The notes beneath the pieces are model-generated. The model saw only the letters and a list, made by a program, of their open reading frames with translations. It was not told where the DNA came from and did not search any database. From Octopus sinensis (taxonomy: Eukaryota), in NCBI RefSeq assembly GCF_006345805.1, contig NC_043001.1, positions 75,640,001 through 75,704,000 of the forward strand: 64,000 bases of DNA, written 5' to 3'. Of this stretch, positions 40,469 to 53,672 are shown in pieces (positions within the stretch are counted from its first letter, which is position 1; each line of letters begins with the position of its first letter). The translations under genes were made by a program, and so were the position numbers.

Positions 40469-43135
40469 AAATTAACTCTAAATTAAAAAGAATATATACA
40501 TACATTCCTGCATACCTGCATACATAATACATGTAATTTGTAGAGATCTAAAAGTATAATAGTGATACTACCTCTCACTGAGACATGATGTTTGTTGCAA
40601 AAGCAATACATAATGGAATCTGCAAAAAAAGAGTGCCCCGAAATAAACATAAACAACACCCCTGTCATGGAATACATACATTATTGCAGAAGGAATGTTG
40701 GTGGAATATTCCCATAAAAATGTCTACCAAGTGCCAACATAACAAACCTGACAGTTACTTGGGACAGAAAAAAAATCTTCTACTGTCGTAGAGGTTATCT
40801 GCCTTGTGGATATGAACATATCTTCGAAAACCTTTAAGAGGGAGAATACCTATGGAGAACTGCTTCGAAACCTGTAACCTCTCTACTATGATAATATATT
40901 TACACCCATACCAATAATCATTGGAGTACTTGGTTACGTTAATAGATATTTAAACTACAATGTAGTGAAGTTAGGATTTTCAAGTAAAGTAAGAGTCTAT
41001 GTTTGTGTGTACGTGTTTACGACGAGCTTCCTTCTGTTTCATATGTCAAATCCACTGACAAGGCTTCGGTCAGTCTGGGGATATAGTAGAACAGGCTTTC
41101 CACAGGTGTGATTCTGTCAGACTGAACCCGGAACCTTGTGGTTGCGAAGCAAACTTCTAACCACACAGCCACAGGAAAATTTGACGGAAAATTCCACTTT
41201 ATTTGTGTGAGTAGTTCCTATTTAAAAACAAAATTACATCTAGCTTTAGAAATCAGATAAGCTGAGGATAAAAGTGGATAAAATAGAACACCTATGAATA
41301 TACTTCAATAGAGTGCAGCGTAAAATAATGTCATTTATAATTAAAATCAGATGCAGATATGCTTTCTTTCATACTGTTATAAATATTCCGTTGAGCTGAT
41401 GGAATGTGACAATGCATCTAAGTATAATCTTACAGAAACTTCTAAATTTATATAATGAAATCCAGTTTTAAATACTTAGTATAGTTAAGGTATTTTAAAA
41501 CATGGTTTCAAATGGGTAGTTTAGTGCATTAGAAAAAAATCGAGTTTTCGTCACCTGTAGTAGAACTATTCAAACTTGATTTATGGTAAGTGTGTAATAT
41601 ATTATCGTATAAGTGATTTCTTCAACCATCCATTTATACACTCAGATTGAGAGACGTTTACGTTGGAGATATGCAATAAAAGTAAAACAACTTGTAAACA
41701 ATAATAACTCATAGAAATATAATACATATATGCATGACAGTATGTGTTTCCATGTCTATACATATTTGTTCCAAATGTACGTGTACATGCATATACGTAT
41801 GCGTATCTATATTTCCCTCTCTCTCTATATATATATATTTAGCAGCATCAGCGTCAACAAATATTTAAGTATAAGCGAGCTTTAGGTTAGTTAAAATTTG
41901 TTTAGACACACACACATACACGCATATCCTTTATTCTTTTGTGCGTTTTAGTAATTAAAACGCACAAAAATTAAATACTGAAAAAAAAAAGAATTACTTG
42001 GCCAAATTGGTCAGACAAGAGCTTGAACATTTTGGGGTTGAGTGCAAATCTTTGTACTCTGTTATTTTTTGGAGAACTATTTCATGATGGTGCCCTAGAA
42101 TGGCCGCAATCCAACGATTGAAACCAGTAAAAGATAATAGATAAAGACTCTTATACAAACGCTCAAATATGCACCGTGAAGATGAAGGTGACTTACACTT
42201 CAAGTGTCGGCTATCAACGTCTTCAGTCGTTGAAAGAAGCTTTGCCTGTATGTGTTTAAATCGTAAGAAAGCTCTATGAAATGAATACAGCTTATAAGAA
42301 AGGTTCTGCAATTTGTTACAAATTTCAATGAAAGAATATCTTTTTTTCTTATTTTATCCAATATGGTAAAATATATAAATCATTAAAGATTATGAATTAA
42401 ATAAACGGTTCAAGAGAAATGAAAATGGAAAGTAATGAAGGATTCTTGATCCTTGAGATTATCTTCCCTTCTCAAGGGAAGCTGGTCTGAATTGCCATTT
42501 GGTAATAATAACATCTAGAGGTGGGGATAATTTTACCGAATTAAGAATTTACGGTGTATGGTACTTGATATACCTGTATTCATGTTATTCAAATGCAGGC
42601 CACTGACAATTCTTAGTCATTATCTCTTTTAGTTCGCATTTGTTTAAATCGTAAAATTTATTTGACACAGGTCGCTATAAGGTCAAATTCGAAACAACAG
42701 ATTCGATAGGTTAGCGAGTATGTCGTAAATGGAATGACATTTGCAATGATTATATTCTAAAAGAGTTAAAGTATCACATGAAATTTCTGTAAAGAAAATA
42801 TTTAGCTTTCGAAGTAAATGCGTGTATATGTGCGCGTTTATATTTGTGTGTATGTGTATGTGTGTGTGTGTGTGTGCGTGTGTGTGTGTTTGTGTGTTCA
42901 TTTGTGCGGTTGCCAGTTTCTAAAGTTAGTATACGATGGTATAGTTGCAATGTGCAGTGCCTTGGAGCAACTATTGTGTAGGCTTATACGGCAAATCTCT
43001 CCCCCAAGTACTCTACTGTTATTATAAGTATGTAGAAGGAAAAAATATCCTGTGAGTTTATAAATTTCAAATTATCTGTAAAAAGTGAGTTTTCATATGA
43101 TATATTAGAGTTACGAGTTAAACTATATGCCATAT

Positions 43136-43158
43136 CAGTGGTTCCCAACCTGTGGTCC
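43136..43158 (+). mobile_element. Solo hAT-like terminal sequence
   Basis: cagtggttcccaacctgtggtcc resembles hAT/Charlie TIRs; no partner end found. Confidence 0.35.
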
Positions 43159-43283
43159 TTAGTTTAGTGTTCTTTGAAATCTTTCGTTACATTTTCTTCC
43201 CGTCCCACGTGTCTCCTTGTGGGATAGAGAGTAGCTAAGGAGGTCACAAGATGTGTGTGAACGATTTCAGACAAAGAGCATTA

Positions 43284-43462
43284 AAAGAAGAAGAAAAAAA
43301 GAAGAAGAAGAAGAAGAAGAAGAAGAAGAAGAAAAAGAAGAAGAAGAAGAAGAAGAAGAAGAAGAAGAAGAAGAGAAGAAGAAGAAGAAGAAGAAGAGAA
43401 GAAGAAGAAGAAGAGAAGAAGAAGAAGAAGAAGAAGAAGAGAAGAAGAAGAAGAAGAAGAGA
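43284..43462 (+). repeat. (GAA)n microsatellite
   Basis: Direct observation. Confidence 0.97.
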
Positions 43463-43577
43463 GAGCAGAAGTAAAGAACGAGTATATCGTACATGTTGTT
43501 ATGTGGCAAAAAGAAAATTACACTCCTCAAAATAAAGAATATAATATAAGACTATATATATATATATATTATCTATC

Positions 43578-43608
<31 letters not shown>

Positions 43609-44373
43609 ATATATAACTATATATATATATTATATATATAATATATATATATTATAAATATATATATATATAACTGAAATTTTAGGGAAAGGGGCTAGTT
43701 AGTTACATCGACCCAGGGTTACTTAGATGTTATTTATGCCTTGATATACAGATATTATAAAATACATTATATATTATAAATAAATGAGATTGTATTTTAA
43801 AAAGGATGGTTTAATTCGGTTGGGTGATACATAAAATATTATTGAGTGTAATATAGAGTCGTATATAGATTATTAAATAAAATGTTCCTGATGAGAAGTG
43901 AGAAATATATTTAAGTATATAATAGATGACACCTGCTTTAAATGAATATAATAAAAGGTAACTTTTATGTGACATTCGTGTATAACAGCAATATAACACT
44001 ATATAATCCATATGCAAATTTATAAAACGGTATGATTTGGCAGTTGCAACAAACGTCGCATATGAAAGCCAATGGAAGGATGGATGCAGTTGTAAGCATA
44101 AATTCACATGGAAGCAACTTTTAATAAATGCAGGTCACGCAGGTCACTTATATTTCTATGCCTGAGAATATAATTGAATGTCAGTGTATGCGCACCTGTA
44201 AGGTAATATATTTCTGTAATTATGTTTACAAAATTAATTCTGTGCAAATAATTCGAATAACGGAAAAGTACAGGAATTTAAACATAAAATTATAACTTGC
44301 CCCAAACACATATACATTGGTGTGTAGATAGACAGATAGATAGATAGATAGACAGACGGACAGACAAAAGGAC

Positions 44374-44503
<130 letters not shown>

Positions 44504-44546
44504 ACAGAGTCAGACACATTGATAAACAGAGTCAGAGATAGATATG

Positions 44547-45240
44547 TTTCTTTATTAGCCACACAGGGCTGCACACAGACAGGACAAATTACAAGGTAGA
44601 ACTTTTCTTTTGGGGGTAAAAAAGGTGATTTGGTTTTCGATCAATAGGGATCGTTATCACAGAAATGTCAATATAAAGTGTAAAGGGGGGGGACAGGTGA
44701 GGTTTACCCGTGGAAAGAAAAGCCTATGGAAAAAACCACGGTAACCTCGGTCAATGAAGTCACAGGTTATATATATTTTTTTTTTTACAAATAAACAACT
44801 CTCTGTCTTAATTTTTACGGTTCATAGGATCATAGTCAAGGTGGCTTCGTCATTCATACGTGCCATCCTTGCTACATTCACCCATCTTTTTTTAAAACAT
44901 TCACTAGACAAAACTTGCCTCTCTACTCTCACTTTCCTCTTCAAGTGATACTTGAAGAAGTTGATGAGAGATTGACCAGAGAGGAAAATGTTTGTCTCTA
45001 ATCCTTTCAGGCGCGTCCACCAGATACATTCTTTCGTCATAGCCACAAGTATGATAAAAATAGCTCTTCCTTCCCGTTTGAATGAAGGAGGCGTGACGAT
45101 ATTAACGATAGACTCGGCTGATAAACCGACACGTCCCACATGTGACAGCAGTCGTTCGACACAAGCCCACAGGTCGGAGATTGTTGGACACTGCACGATT
45201 GCGTGCAGAGCGGTTTCGTCGCTCTGCCTGCAAGTGTTCA
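44547..45240 (-). mobile_element. L1/Tx1-clade LINE, 5'-truncated: ORF2 C-terminus plus 3' UTR
   Basis: CRQSDETALHAIVQC (CCHC-type C-terminal motif)...KECIWWTR; 3' end ggctaataaagaaac abuts a (GATA)n array. Confidence 0.8.
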
Positions 45241-45949
45241 CATGGTTATGTAATTGTAATAATGAGAATCAAGCGATTAGATATACATACACATATGTAA
45301 TATATTCGTGACCGCTATTTCCTATTGGCTAAACACACATTTGAATTTATTTCAAAATTAAAAGCCACTCTCATACCTCATCTTATCGCTTGAAAAGTTA
45401 CCTCAAATGCCAAACCTTACGATAAAACTTGCCAAATTTGTACTACTGAATTGTATGACATTATAATCTCCAAAATATTTATTTAGGAAACATTCTGATA
45501 CAACTCTTCCTTGATGACAGACTGACAATTCCCGAAACTTTTATAAAGCTTTGCAAAATATAAATAAATCAGAATATCTTTTCCGTTAGCGAAATAACAA
45601 AATTAATCTCCATTTTTCTCTTTACTTAGTCAAAATGCATATGTAATCTCTTTTTTTTTACGTTTGTTTGAATTAGCATATATGGTACGGCGGAGGCAAT
45701 TACATCACATGAATGTATTTTCATGCTGAAGAACCTGATAACCTGACACTCTTTTTACATTTACGCCACAATATGAACACGTACATATCTATATATTCAT
45801 TGCATATGCAGCATACATTTAAACATAGGTTCATATATATATATATGCATATATATATATACATATACAATACATACGTACATACAGAAATTATATATAT
45901 GAAATAAAAGCAAATAAGTGGATTATATACATTTCTACTGTAGGCACAA

Positions 45950-46143
45950 GGCCCGAAATTTTGGGAGAAGGGGACAGTCGATTAGATCGACCCCAGTACG
46001 CAACTGGTACTTAATTTATTGACCCTGAAAGGATGAAAGGCAAAGTCGACCTCGGCGGAGTTTTAACTCAGAATGTAACGGCAGATGAAATACCGCTACG
46101 CATTTTCCCTGGCCTACTAATGTTTCAGCCAACTTGCCACCGT
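45950..46143 (-). mobile_element. SINE family A monomer
   Basis: Reverse complement of the family A head and body. Further decayed copies near 436-590, 1010-1130, 10825-11030, 11410-11600 and 48085-48300. Confidence 0.75.
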
Positions 46144-46920
46144 AAATAAGTAGATTATATAGTCTCACCACAGTGTTACATTAAGAGTTTTTATTGCGAC
46201 CAACATCGTACATTCCAGTTATGAAAGACGTATAATATTTTATAAGGTCATACAATACATTGAAATTTAATGATTTCCATTGTATTGAATGTTCACTCTT
46301 GCTCTTAGATTTTTGATGAAGTCGTAGATATAGAGGCAAATATGTCATTCAACTTTTCTTCAGTTTTTTTAAATATCATTATTCGCTCTTATCAATTACA
46401 ATTTGTCTCAAACCACTTGTCTCGCTTGACCTCAGTTTGGATATCAATCTTTTTCTGGTAATTTAGTTCGATTATAGTGCCCACTACTCACAAACTGAAC
46501 TGTCGTTATTTCGGCTATAAATGTTCGTATGTTGATAAACATGCTAATCTAACATATCAAATAGCGACCTACATGTGGTTGTCCGATGATTTGGGAAATT
46601 ATTGTATTGGAGTATATTGCATAACCTTATCGACGTTACACATTTTACATAATTTAATAGGCGATGTTATGTCACAGTTAAATCCATTATTGTAACATTG
46701 TAACGAGATCATTTAATATAGCTGTCCGTTTTTATTATGACATTACACCACACTTAAATTTCCTCTCAACTGCGGATACTCTTGGACTTACGGATTACCA
46801 AACACCGGTAAACTTCTATTCCTTGATGAACACTTCCCTAATGGAATGATGAGATGGAATATATATGCGTTGATTTGTGTCTTTCTCATATACCTCAATC
46901 TTTAAGCAGATCCCCTAAAA

Positions 46921-47333
46921 GGGGGCGAGCTGGCAGAATCGTTAGCACGCCAGGCGAAATGCTGAGCGGTATTTCGTCTGTCCTTATGTTCTGAGTTCAA
47001 ATTCCGCCGAGGTCGACTTTGCCTTTCATCCTTTCGAGGTCGATTAAATAAGTACCAGTTACACACTGGGGTCGATATAATTCACTTAATCCGTTTGTCT
47101 GTCCTTATTTGTCCTCTCTGTATCTAGCCCATTGTGGGCAGTAAAGAAATAGGTATTTCGTCTGCGTTACGTCTGAGTTCAAATTCCGCCGAAGTCGACT
47201 TTGCCTTTCATCCTTTCGGGGTCGATAAATTAAGTACCAGTTACGCACTGGGGTCGATGTAATCGACTTAATCCCTTTGTCTGTCCTTGTTTGTTCATTC
47301 TATGTTTAGCCCCTTGTGGGCAATAAAGAAATA
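46921..47333 (+). mobile_element. tRNA-derived SINE family A, partial tandem dimer with 13-bp TSD
   Basis: Head ggcgagctggcagaatcgttagc; B-box-like gagttcaaattcc; second unit restarts at 47152; agatcccctaaaa at 46908 and 47334. Confidence 0.9.
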
Positions 47334-48551
47334 AGATCCCCTAAAATTGGTGCCCTTATGCCTAAATTTGAAACCAGTGTTAGCGAATGTGCGCTTATAA
47401 AGTAATATAAACATATACTGTTTACAATTTAATTATCACATATATGTTTACTATTAAAGGTTAAGTCAGAGTATAAACATTATAATGATTAAATATAAAT
47501 AACTGAAAAACTAGAAATATAATCTGCACACACACATACACATGAGAATGTGTGTGTGTGAGTATTTGCATGTATGTGTATTATATATATATATATATGC
47601 GTGCATATATGTATATGTGTGTGTTTGTGTGTGTATGTATGTATGTATGTATGTATGTATGTATGTATGTATGTATGTATGTATGTGTATGCATAATAGA
47701 ATAAGAAATAGAAATAGAAGAGTCCTTGGTACAGCATTGTATACTTGGAAATTGAATAGAAATGGCTTTTCAAATCATTTTCCCACTTCAATAATTAGTT
47801 GTTCATAAGTTATTAGGTGTATACACATACATATATAAATATATACACAGACACACATACACACACACACGTGTATGTTGCGTGTGTGCGTGTGTGAGTG
47901 CATTGTGTGTATGTTTGTGTGTGTGAGTGTCTGTGGGTGCAGATTATATTTTTATTTTGTCAATTGCTTTATTTTTACATTATTTTCTTATGCTCTGACT
48001 TAACCTTTAATAGTAAACATATATGTGATAATTAAATAGTAAACAGTATATGTTTATATTAGTGTATATGTGCTCATTCACTAATACTGGTTTCAAATTT
48101 TGGCACATTGGCAGCAATCTTGGGGGTGGGGTTACATCGATTGGATCCACCCCATAGCTGAACTGATACTTATTTTATCGACCCCAAAATGATAAAAGGC
48201 AAATTTGACCTCGGCGGAATTTGAACTAAGAGCGCAAAGACGGACGAAATGCTGCTAAGCATTTCGACTGGTGTGCTCACGATCCCGGCAACTCGCAGCC
48301 TGGCTCATTCATTAATATTGACTTACATTTCCAAGCAGTATCCCTTGCTTCCGTATGCGTTTAGGCTTCCAAAATGTATCATTCTGTCAATAGCCTCACA
48401 TATATTTGCACGCAATGATGGTGACAATTCCCATTTGTTACAGTTTATATGATTGTAATTAGATTCCATAACATATGCAGTGACATGGACAACTGACTGT
48501 TAATATTGCCCTGAGCCGACCAATGTCTTGTGTGCGAAGTGTGTGTGTGTA

Positions 48552-48637
<86 letters not shown>

Positions 48638-50894
48638 TGTGCGTGTATGTGTGTATGTGCCACTGCTTGAAAACAACTGTCGAGAATAAGTATTAGACTT
48701 TTTTAAAGAATAAGGAAGTGAAGTTAATTTGTTCTACCAAACCTTTCAAATGCTGCCCCATCATGGCCGCAACCCAATGACTGAAACAAGTAAAACATGA
48801 GGAAATAACTAATAATACTCCAATATAACAATGATACATAAAGGCTCCTATATTATTTTATATTATATCAATATTTTGTATTATATTATATTACATAATA
48901 TTATATTATATTGTATTATATATTATATTATATAATATTATATTACATTGTATCATATATTCTATTATATCATTTATTAAATTAAATCAGCTACTACCCT
49001 TTCTATATTTGAGAATTTTTCTTTACTATTGTGTATACGTCCTTTCTTATACTCTGTATAATTTTCTCTAGCATTCGTCCGAATTAACCGATCCTTTTAA
49101 GCTACAATGTCATATAATTACTTATTTTTCATTTATATATTTTCATAATTCTATGATTTTATTTATTTACAAAAACGCTATAATTTCTAGGTTTTAAAGA
49201 ATCCATAACTGAATTTTTATACGCATTTTGAACACCTTTTATATTTCCTTATTTCCTGTAAGTGTGTAGGAGTGTGTGTGAACGCTGTTATAGTACTTTC
49301 CTGTTGTTGACTTTCTTGAAATATAAGTAAAACCTTTGTCTATTTAAATCAATACTCTAAAGTAATTTCAGTTATTTTTTCATTAAAATTTACATTACCT
49401 ATTCAAGAGACTTCAAGCCGAATTGAGTAATTCAATAGTTCTTATTAGCAGTCATACAATATTTATATGTTTCACTATCACACACACACACATACGGACA
49501 AGCACTCACACAAGCATATACACATCCATATATGCATACAAACACACACATTCACATACACACATATATATATATACATATATACAAATATTATGTACGT
49601 ATATATATATATATATATATGAATTCGTTATTCTAATATATAACTACAAAAGAGATTCTTTTGAAAAAAATTTAAATAGGAAGTCATAGTAGTTCTTTCT
49701 ATCTACAGACTTATACAAACACAATTATATAAGAAACTGATATCAAATTGCAAATACACACACACGTATACACATACATGGATATACTCATGCACGTGAT
49801 CATTTAGAACGTTAGATACTTACTTCACATATATACCGTATAACACTTTACCTCTGTTACAATGACACTAGCCGTTCAAAAACATACGAAAACCATTAAT
49901 TTCACTTAGGAATTTATTACCTCGCACTATCTGTGACTTTATCAATGACACTGCAGTGGACTGCGCCAGCGACCAAGTTGAAACTGACGCGACGAAAGTT
50001 TTGACATCAAAAAATAAATGTTTAAATGTGTATTTCAATGGCTAATGTGTATGTCTTCTTTGCAGTAATTATTCTAGTTTTAATACAGTCTCAGATCAAA
50101 TTGCTAACCAGACAATTACATCACAGAAAATTTGTAAAAGTCAGTGCATTCGCAGATAAGCTACAGTTTTCATTTTAAACTTATAATAATAACCTACATA
50201 CAATAAATCTTATTATTCTTCATTTCTCCTTCCTATATTGTATTTATAATCTTCCTTTTAATCATCACTTCTATTGGCCTATCTATATCAAATAAGTCTT
50301 GACCTGTAATTATTTATTAAGTTTACCGCATCGAATTAAATATCAATTACTTTCATTGAGACATTTAACGATTATTATTATAACCAATTGAGGTAGTATT
50401 AATTTAAAATAAAAGTCTTTGTATCATACCTAACGTATATACATCCTTACATCGTTGATAAACCAGTGAATGCGGTAATTGTCTTGAGAAAACACCACTT
50501 CAGGACGCGGTGGGTTAAAAACAACTACATATATATATGCTCCGGCATCAAGCATGTGTAGACAGATTGCAACACAATTGTTCTCTTTGTGATCTGCCGT
50601 GGCTCAGTATCCAATTGCACATGGAACACACATCTTGTGCTTATGCTTTTTCGTACCTTTACTCTGTTACAACTGCTAAGTACAGTTGAAACCATATGAC
50701 TTTAACGGAGGTAAATTAGTTGTACAAAGAAGAAATACTACATGTATATATACATACATCCATACATATGGGGTAATGTTTGTTTTGGTGCTGTTTTTAT
50801 GCTAATGCTAACATCAGTAAAACATAACCTTTCAGGAAGATTATTAAATTGGTATCTATTTGTATCATATTTGTTTCACACACACACACACACA

Positions 50895-50929
<35 letters not shown>

Positions 50930-51187
50930 CACACACACACACACACACACACGCACACATATATATATATATGTATATTATGTGAAATAGAAAGATGAAT
51001 AATCTTGTAGCAGATTAATCAAAAGTTTAACCGATACCTTGGTAGCAAAAATCACAGCAGAAGACAGCACGGTTGGAGGTACAACCATATGGTGTTGCAA
51101 CCGTGCGTTGGTGCGGATAATTGAAATTAAAATATTATTGGTGAATTGAAGAAATGGAGCTGAACGAAGATTGAACAGAAATCGTTT

Positions 51188-51279
51188 TATTTCATTCTAC
51201 ACGTGTTCGAAAGGCACAATTAACAAAATCCGATTGAATAATGAGACCATATATGTGTCTTTCTCTTCAGGAAGAAATA
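51188..51279 (-). ncRNA. Second (inverted) copy of the hammerhead motif
   Basis: Reverse complement of the above. Stem II is better paired (G-AAAGACAC/GTGCCTTT-C) but GAAAC is shortened to GAAC. Confidence 0.65.
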
Positions 51280-51756
51280 GGAAATCCGTTGGAAAAAACA
51301 AAAACAGAACAGAGGCGGAGCAAAACAAATCGAACTAAGCTCCTAAGAGCCCATGGCAAAACTGTTTATCAGTGTATGTTGAGAACCGGTGGCTGAAGAA
51401 TTTAACGGGTCAGGCAGCGGTCAATCATGTGGGTGAGGGTAAGCAGATTAGAACTAACCTCCCCCTCATGTTTAGACAAGCCATCGCCAATAACTTCCCC
51501 AGAAATTCAAAATATTACTCCACGGTTAACTCGCATAAAGTTAGGATAGCTTTCTCCAACACTAAAAACCTCGCCCAGATAATCGCCTCCCATAATAATA
51601 GGCTACTTACTAAGACCCTATCACCTTTTCCCGAGGCACAGCCTCTTCCGCTCCCGGTTTAATGCTCAGTAGGAATAATTATAGTAGTAATAATGATATG
51701 AGAGCCAGTACAGCCAGGGAGTACCCACTAGGGGTATAGTTATAAATAGGGGTGTT

Positions 51757-52398
51757 GTGGTTGACGGTAACAATGGGAGTAGGGTAGAGAGCCCCAATAG
51801 CATCCCCAGCATCATTTCCCGCAATAGCAGCACCACGGGCACTAGCAATGACAGCACTCTGATAGATAGTGGAGAATCAGGGGTTATTCCTATAGTTAAT
51901 AGTGACGTAGTGGAAAATAGAGTAGTAAGCGGCTGCAGTTCTCGGAACGAATATAGTGACGGGAACGTAGTTCTAATTTCAGAAACTAATCCTAGCAGAA
52001 TAAGATTCACGTCGGCGAACTCCAAGATCAAAAACGCCGTCTACCAATGCAAGGTTTACACGGACTCAGATGTCTACACCTATGTAGGGGCCTCATCGTC
52101 AAGATTGGCTTTGCGAGTCTCCAATCATTACGCAACTTTTCGGGACATGAATAAGCGCCAGACCACGGGACTCAGCAAGCTAATATGGCGATTGAAGGAT
52201 ACGAACTTAAGCTACAGGCTGGAATGGTCAATTTTGTCGGTGGCCCTCCCATTTGATAGGGGCAGAAGGCAGTGCAACCTTTGTGTCTCCGAACTCTTCC
52301 ATATTTTGTTTGCCAGAGGCCGGATGGTAAACGGACTTTTACAGTCGGCTTTTCGATGCCCCCATTGGCGGCGTTACACTTATCTGGCTTTTAAATAG
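51757..52398 (+). CDS. Penelope GIY-YIG endonuclease domain (element-encoded, truncated)
   Basis: AVYQCKV..TYVGASS..LRVSNHYATF..TGLSKLIWRLK..LEWSIL..QCNLCVSE..RCPH matches the Penelope GIY-YIG with its C/H motif. Confidence 0.85.
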   Translation: MVDGNNGSRVESPNSIPSIISRNSSTTGTSNDSTLIDSGESGVIPIVNSDVVENRVVSGCSSRNEYSDGNVVLISETNPSRIRFTSANSKIKNAVYQCKVYTDSDVYTYVGASSSRLALRVSNHYATFRDMNKRQTTGLSKLIWRLKDTNLSYRLEWSILSVALPFDRGRRQCNLCVSELFHILFARGRMVNGLLQSAFRCPHWRRYTYLAFK

Positions 52399-53016
52399 CG
52401 TTTATAAATAATACCTGCACACATAACCCTTGGTAACAAATTCTGAAATAGGCTTTAGGATAATTACGATTAACCACTGCAAGGGGAATTACTCCTGTAA
52501 GATAAACGGGGCTTGGTTTTTTGACAACGGGGGGTTACCTTGACAAGGCAGGTTCAGACGAACACACACATAAAACATAATATATATTTTTTTCTGCCAC
52601 CCAACGGCTCTTAATGCAGCAGCCATTGTGTAGAGCGGCTTAGCCACTGACAGCCGAGCGATCAAACGCACACACGTACACAAAAAATGTTTTCTACCCC
52701 TTGACGGAGGTCTTGCCAACCTACGCAAGCACACACATATATAGAACAGTATACACACACATGTCTCTAAGTAGATTTTTTCTCGCCCCTTATAAAACAT
52801 CCAATATTCCTTAAATAGTCAGAACTTTATTCTCGGTCACAAAGAACATCTACACACCCTCACCCACATGATTGACCGCTGCCTGACCCGTTAAATTCTT
52901 CAGCCACCGGTTCTCAACATACACTGATAAACAGTTTTGCCATGGGCTCTTAGGAGCTTAGTTCGATTTGTTTTGCTCCGCCTCTGTTCTGTTTTTGTTT
53001 TTTCCAACGGATTTCC

Positions 53017-53108
53017 TATTTCTTCCTGAAGAGAAGACACAATATGGGTTCATTATTCAATCGGATTTTGGTAAATTGTGCCTTTCGAAACACGTGTAGA
53101 ATGAAATA
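53017..53108 (+). ncRNA. Type I hammerhead ribozyme motif in Penelope terminal repeat
   Basis: Stem I TATTTCTTC / GAA(T)GAAATA; core CTGAAGA at 53026; stem II G-AAGACAC...GTGCCTTT-C; GAAA at 53087; palindromic stem III ACACGTGT; predicted GUA cleavage triplet ending at 53098. Confidence 0.75.
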
Positions 53109-53319
53109 AAACGATTTCTTTCAATCTTCTTCGTTCAGCTCCATTTCTTCAATTCACCAATAATATTATATATAATATATATATATATATATTGATATAT
53201 AGCTGATTGGCGGGGGGACATGTATATGCGCAAGTAATTTAACGTCGCTCTTCTACTAAATTTTCTTTCCTGTTATCTAATAAATTTTAAGAGGTAATAC
53301 ATATACGAGAAAAACATAA

Positions 53320-53353
<34 letters not shown>

Positions 53354-53638
53354 AACATGTTACAGTTGCCAACTATGTAAGAGTGCCAGCAAAGCAAACA
53401 TCCCCTTCAGAAACAACTGGTGTTAGCTGATGGCACTATATAATGTGTGTCTCGTATGGATTTTTACATTTTGCGATATGCTAGAAATATAATAAGAATG
53501 GAAGAACAAAAGGAAGAAGAAAACAAAAGATGAAAGTGGAAAGTGCTTTGAATATTACGAGAACATTATTTTATTCATATTTATATTGCTTTCTCCAATG
53601 TTTGCATTGACTGATATTAATAAATTTAACCGTTAAAG

Positions 53639-53672
<34 letters not shown>

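Larger units (their letters stand above)
51131..53167 (+). mobile_element. Penelope-like element, 5'-truncated, GIY-YIG ORF between inverted terminal repeats
   Basis: 51441-51662 resembles the post-RT region (NFP..KYYSTVNSHKVRIAFSNTKNLAQIIASHN). 51131-51440 is the reverse complement of 52856-53167. Confidence 0.9.

Noticed and set aside
41937-41969. 14-bp stem hairpin as a terminator
   Set aside because: Bacterial terminator logic does not apply here, and short AT-rich inverted repeats are common in this DNA.
50537-50680. Cys/His pattern MLRHQACVDRLQHNCSLC resembling part of a RING finger
   Set aside because: Incomplete ligand set and no splice support.
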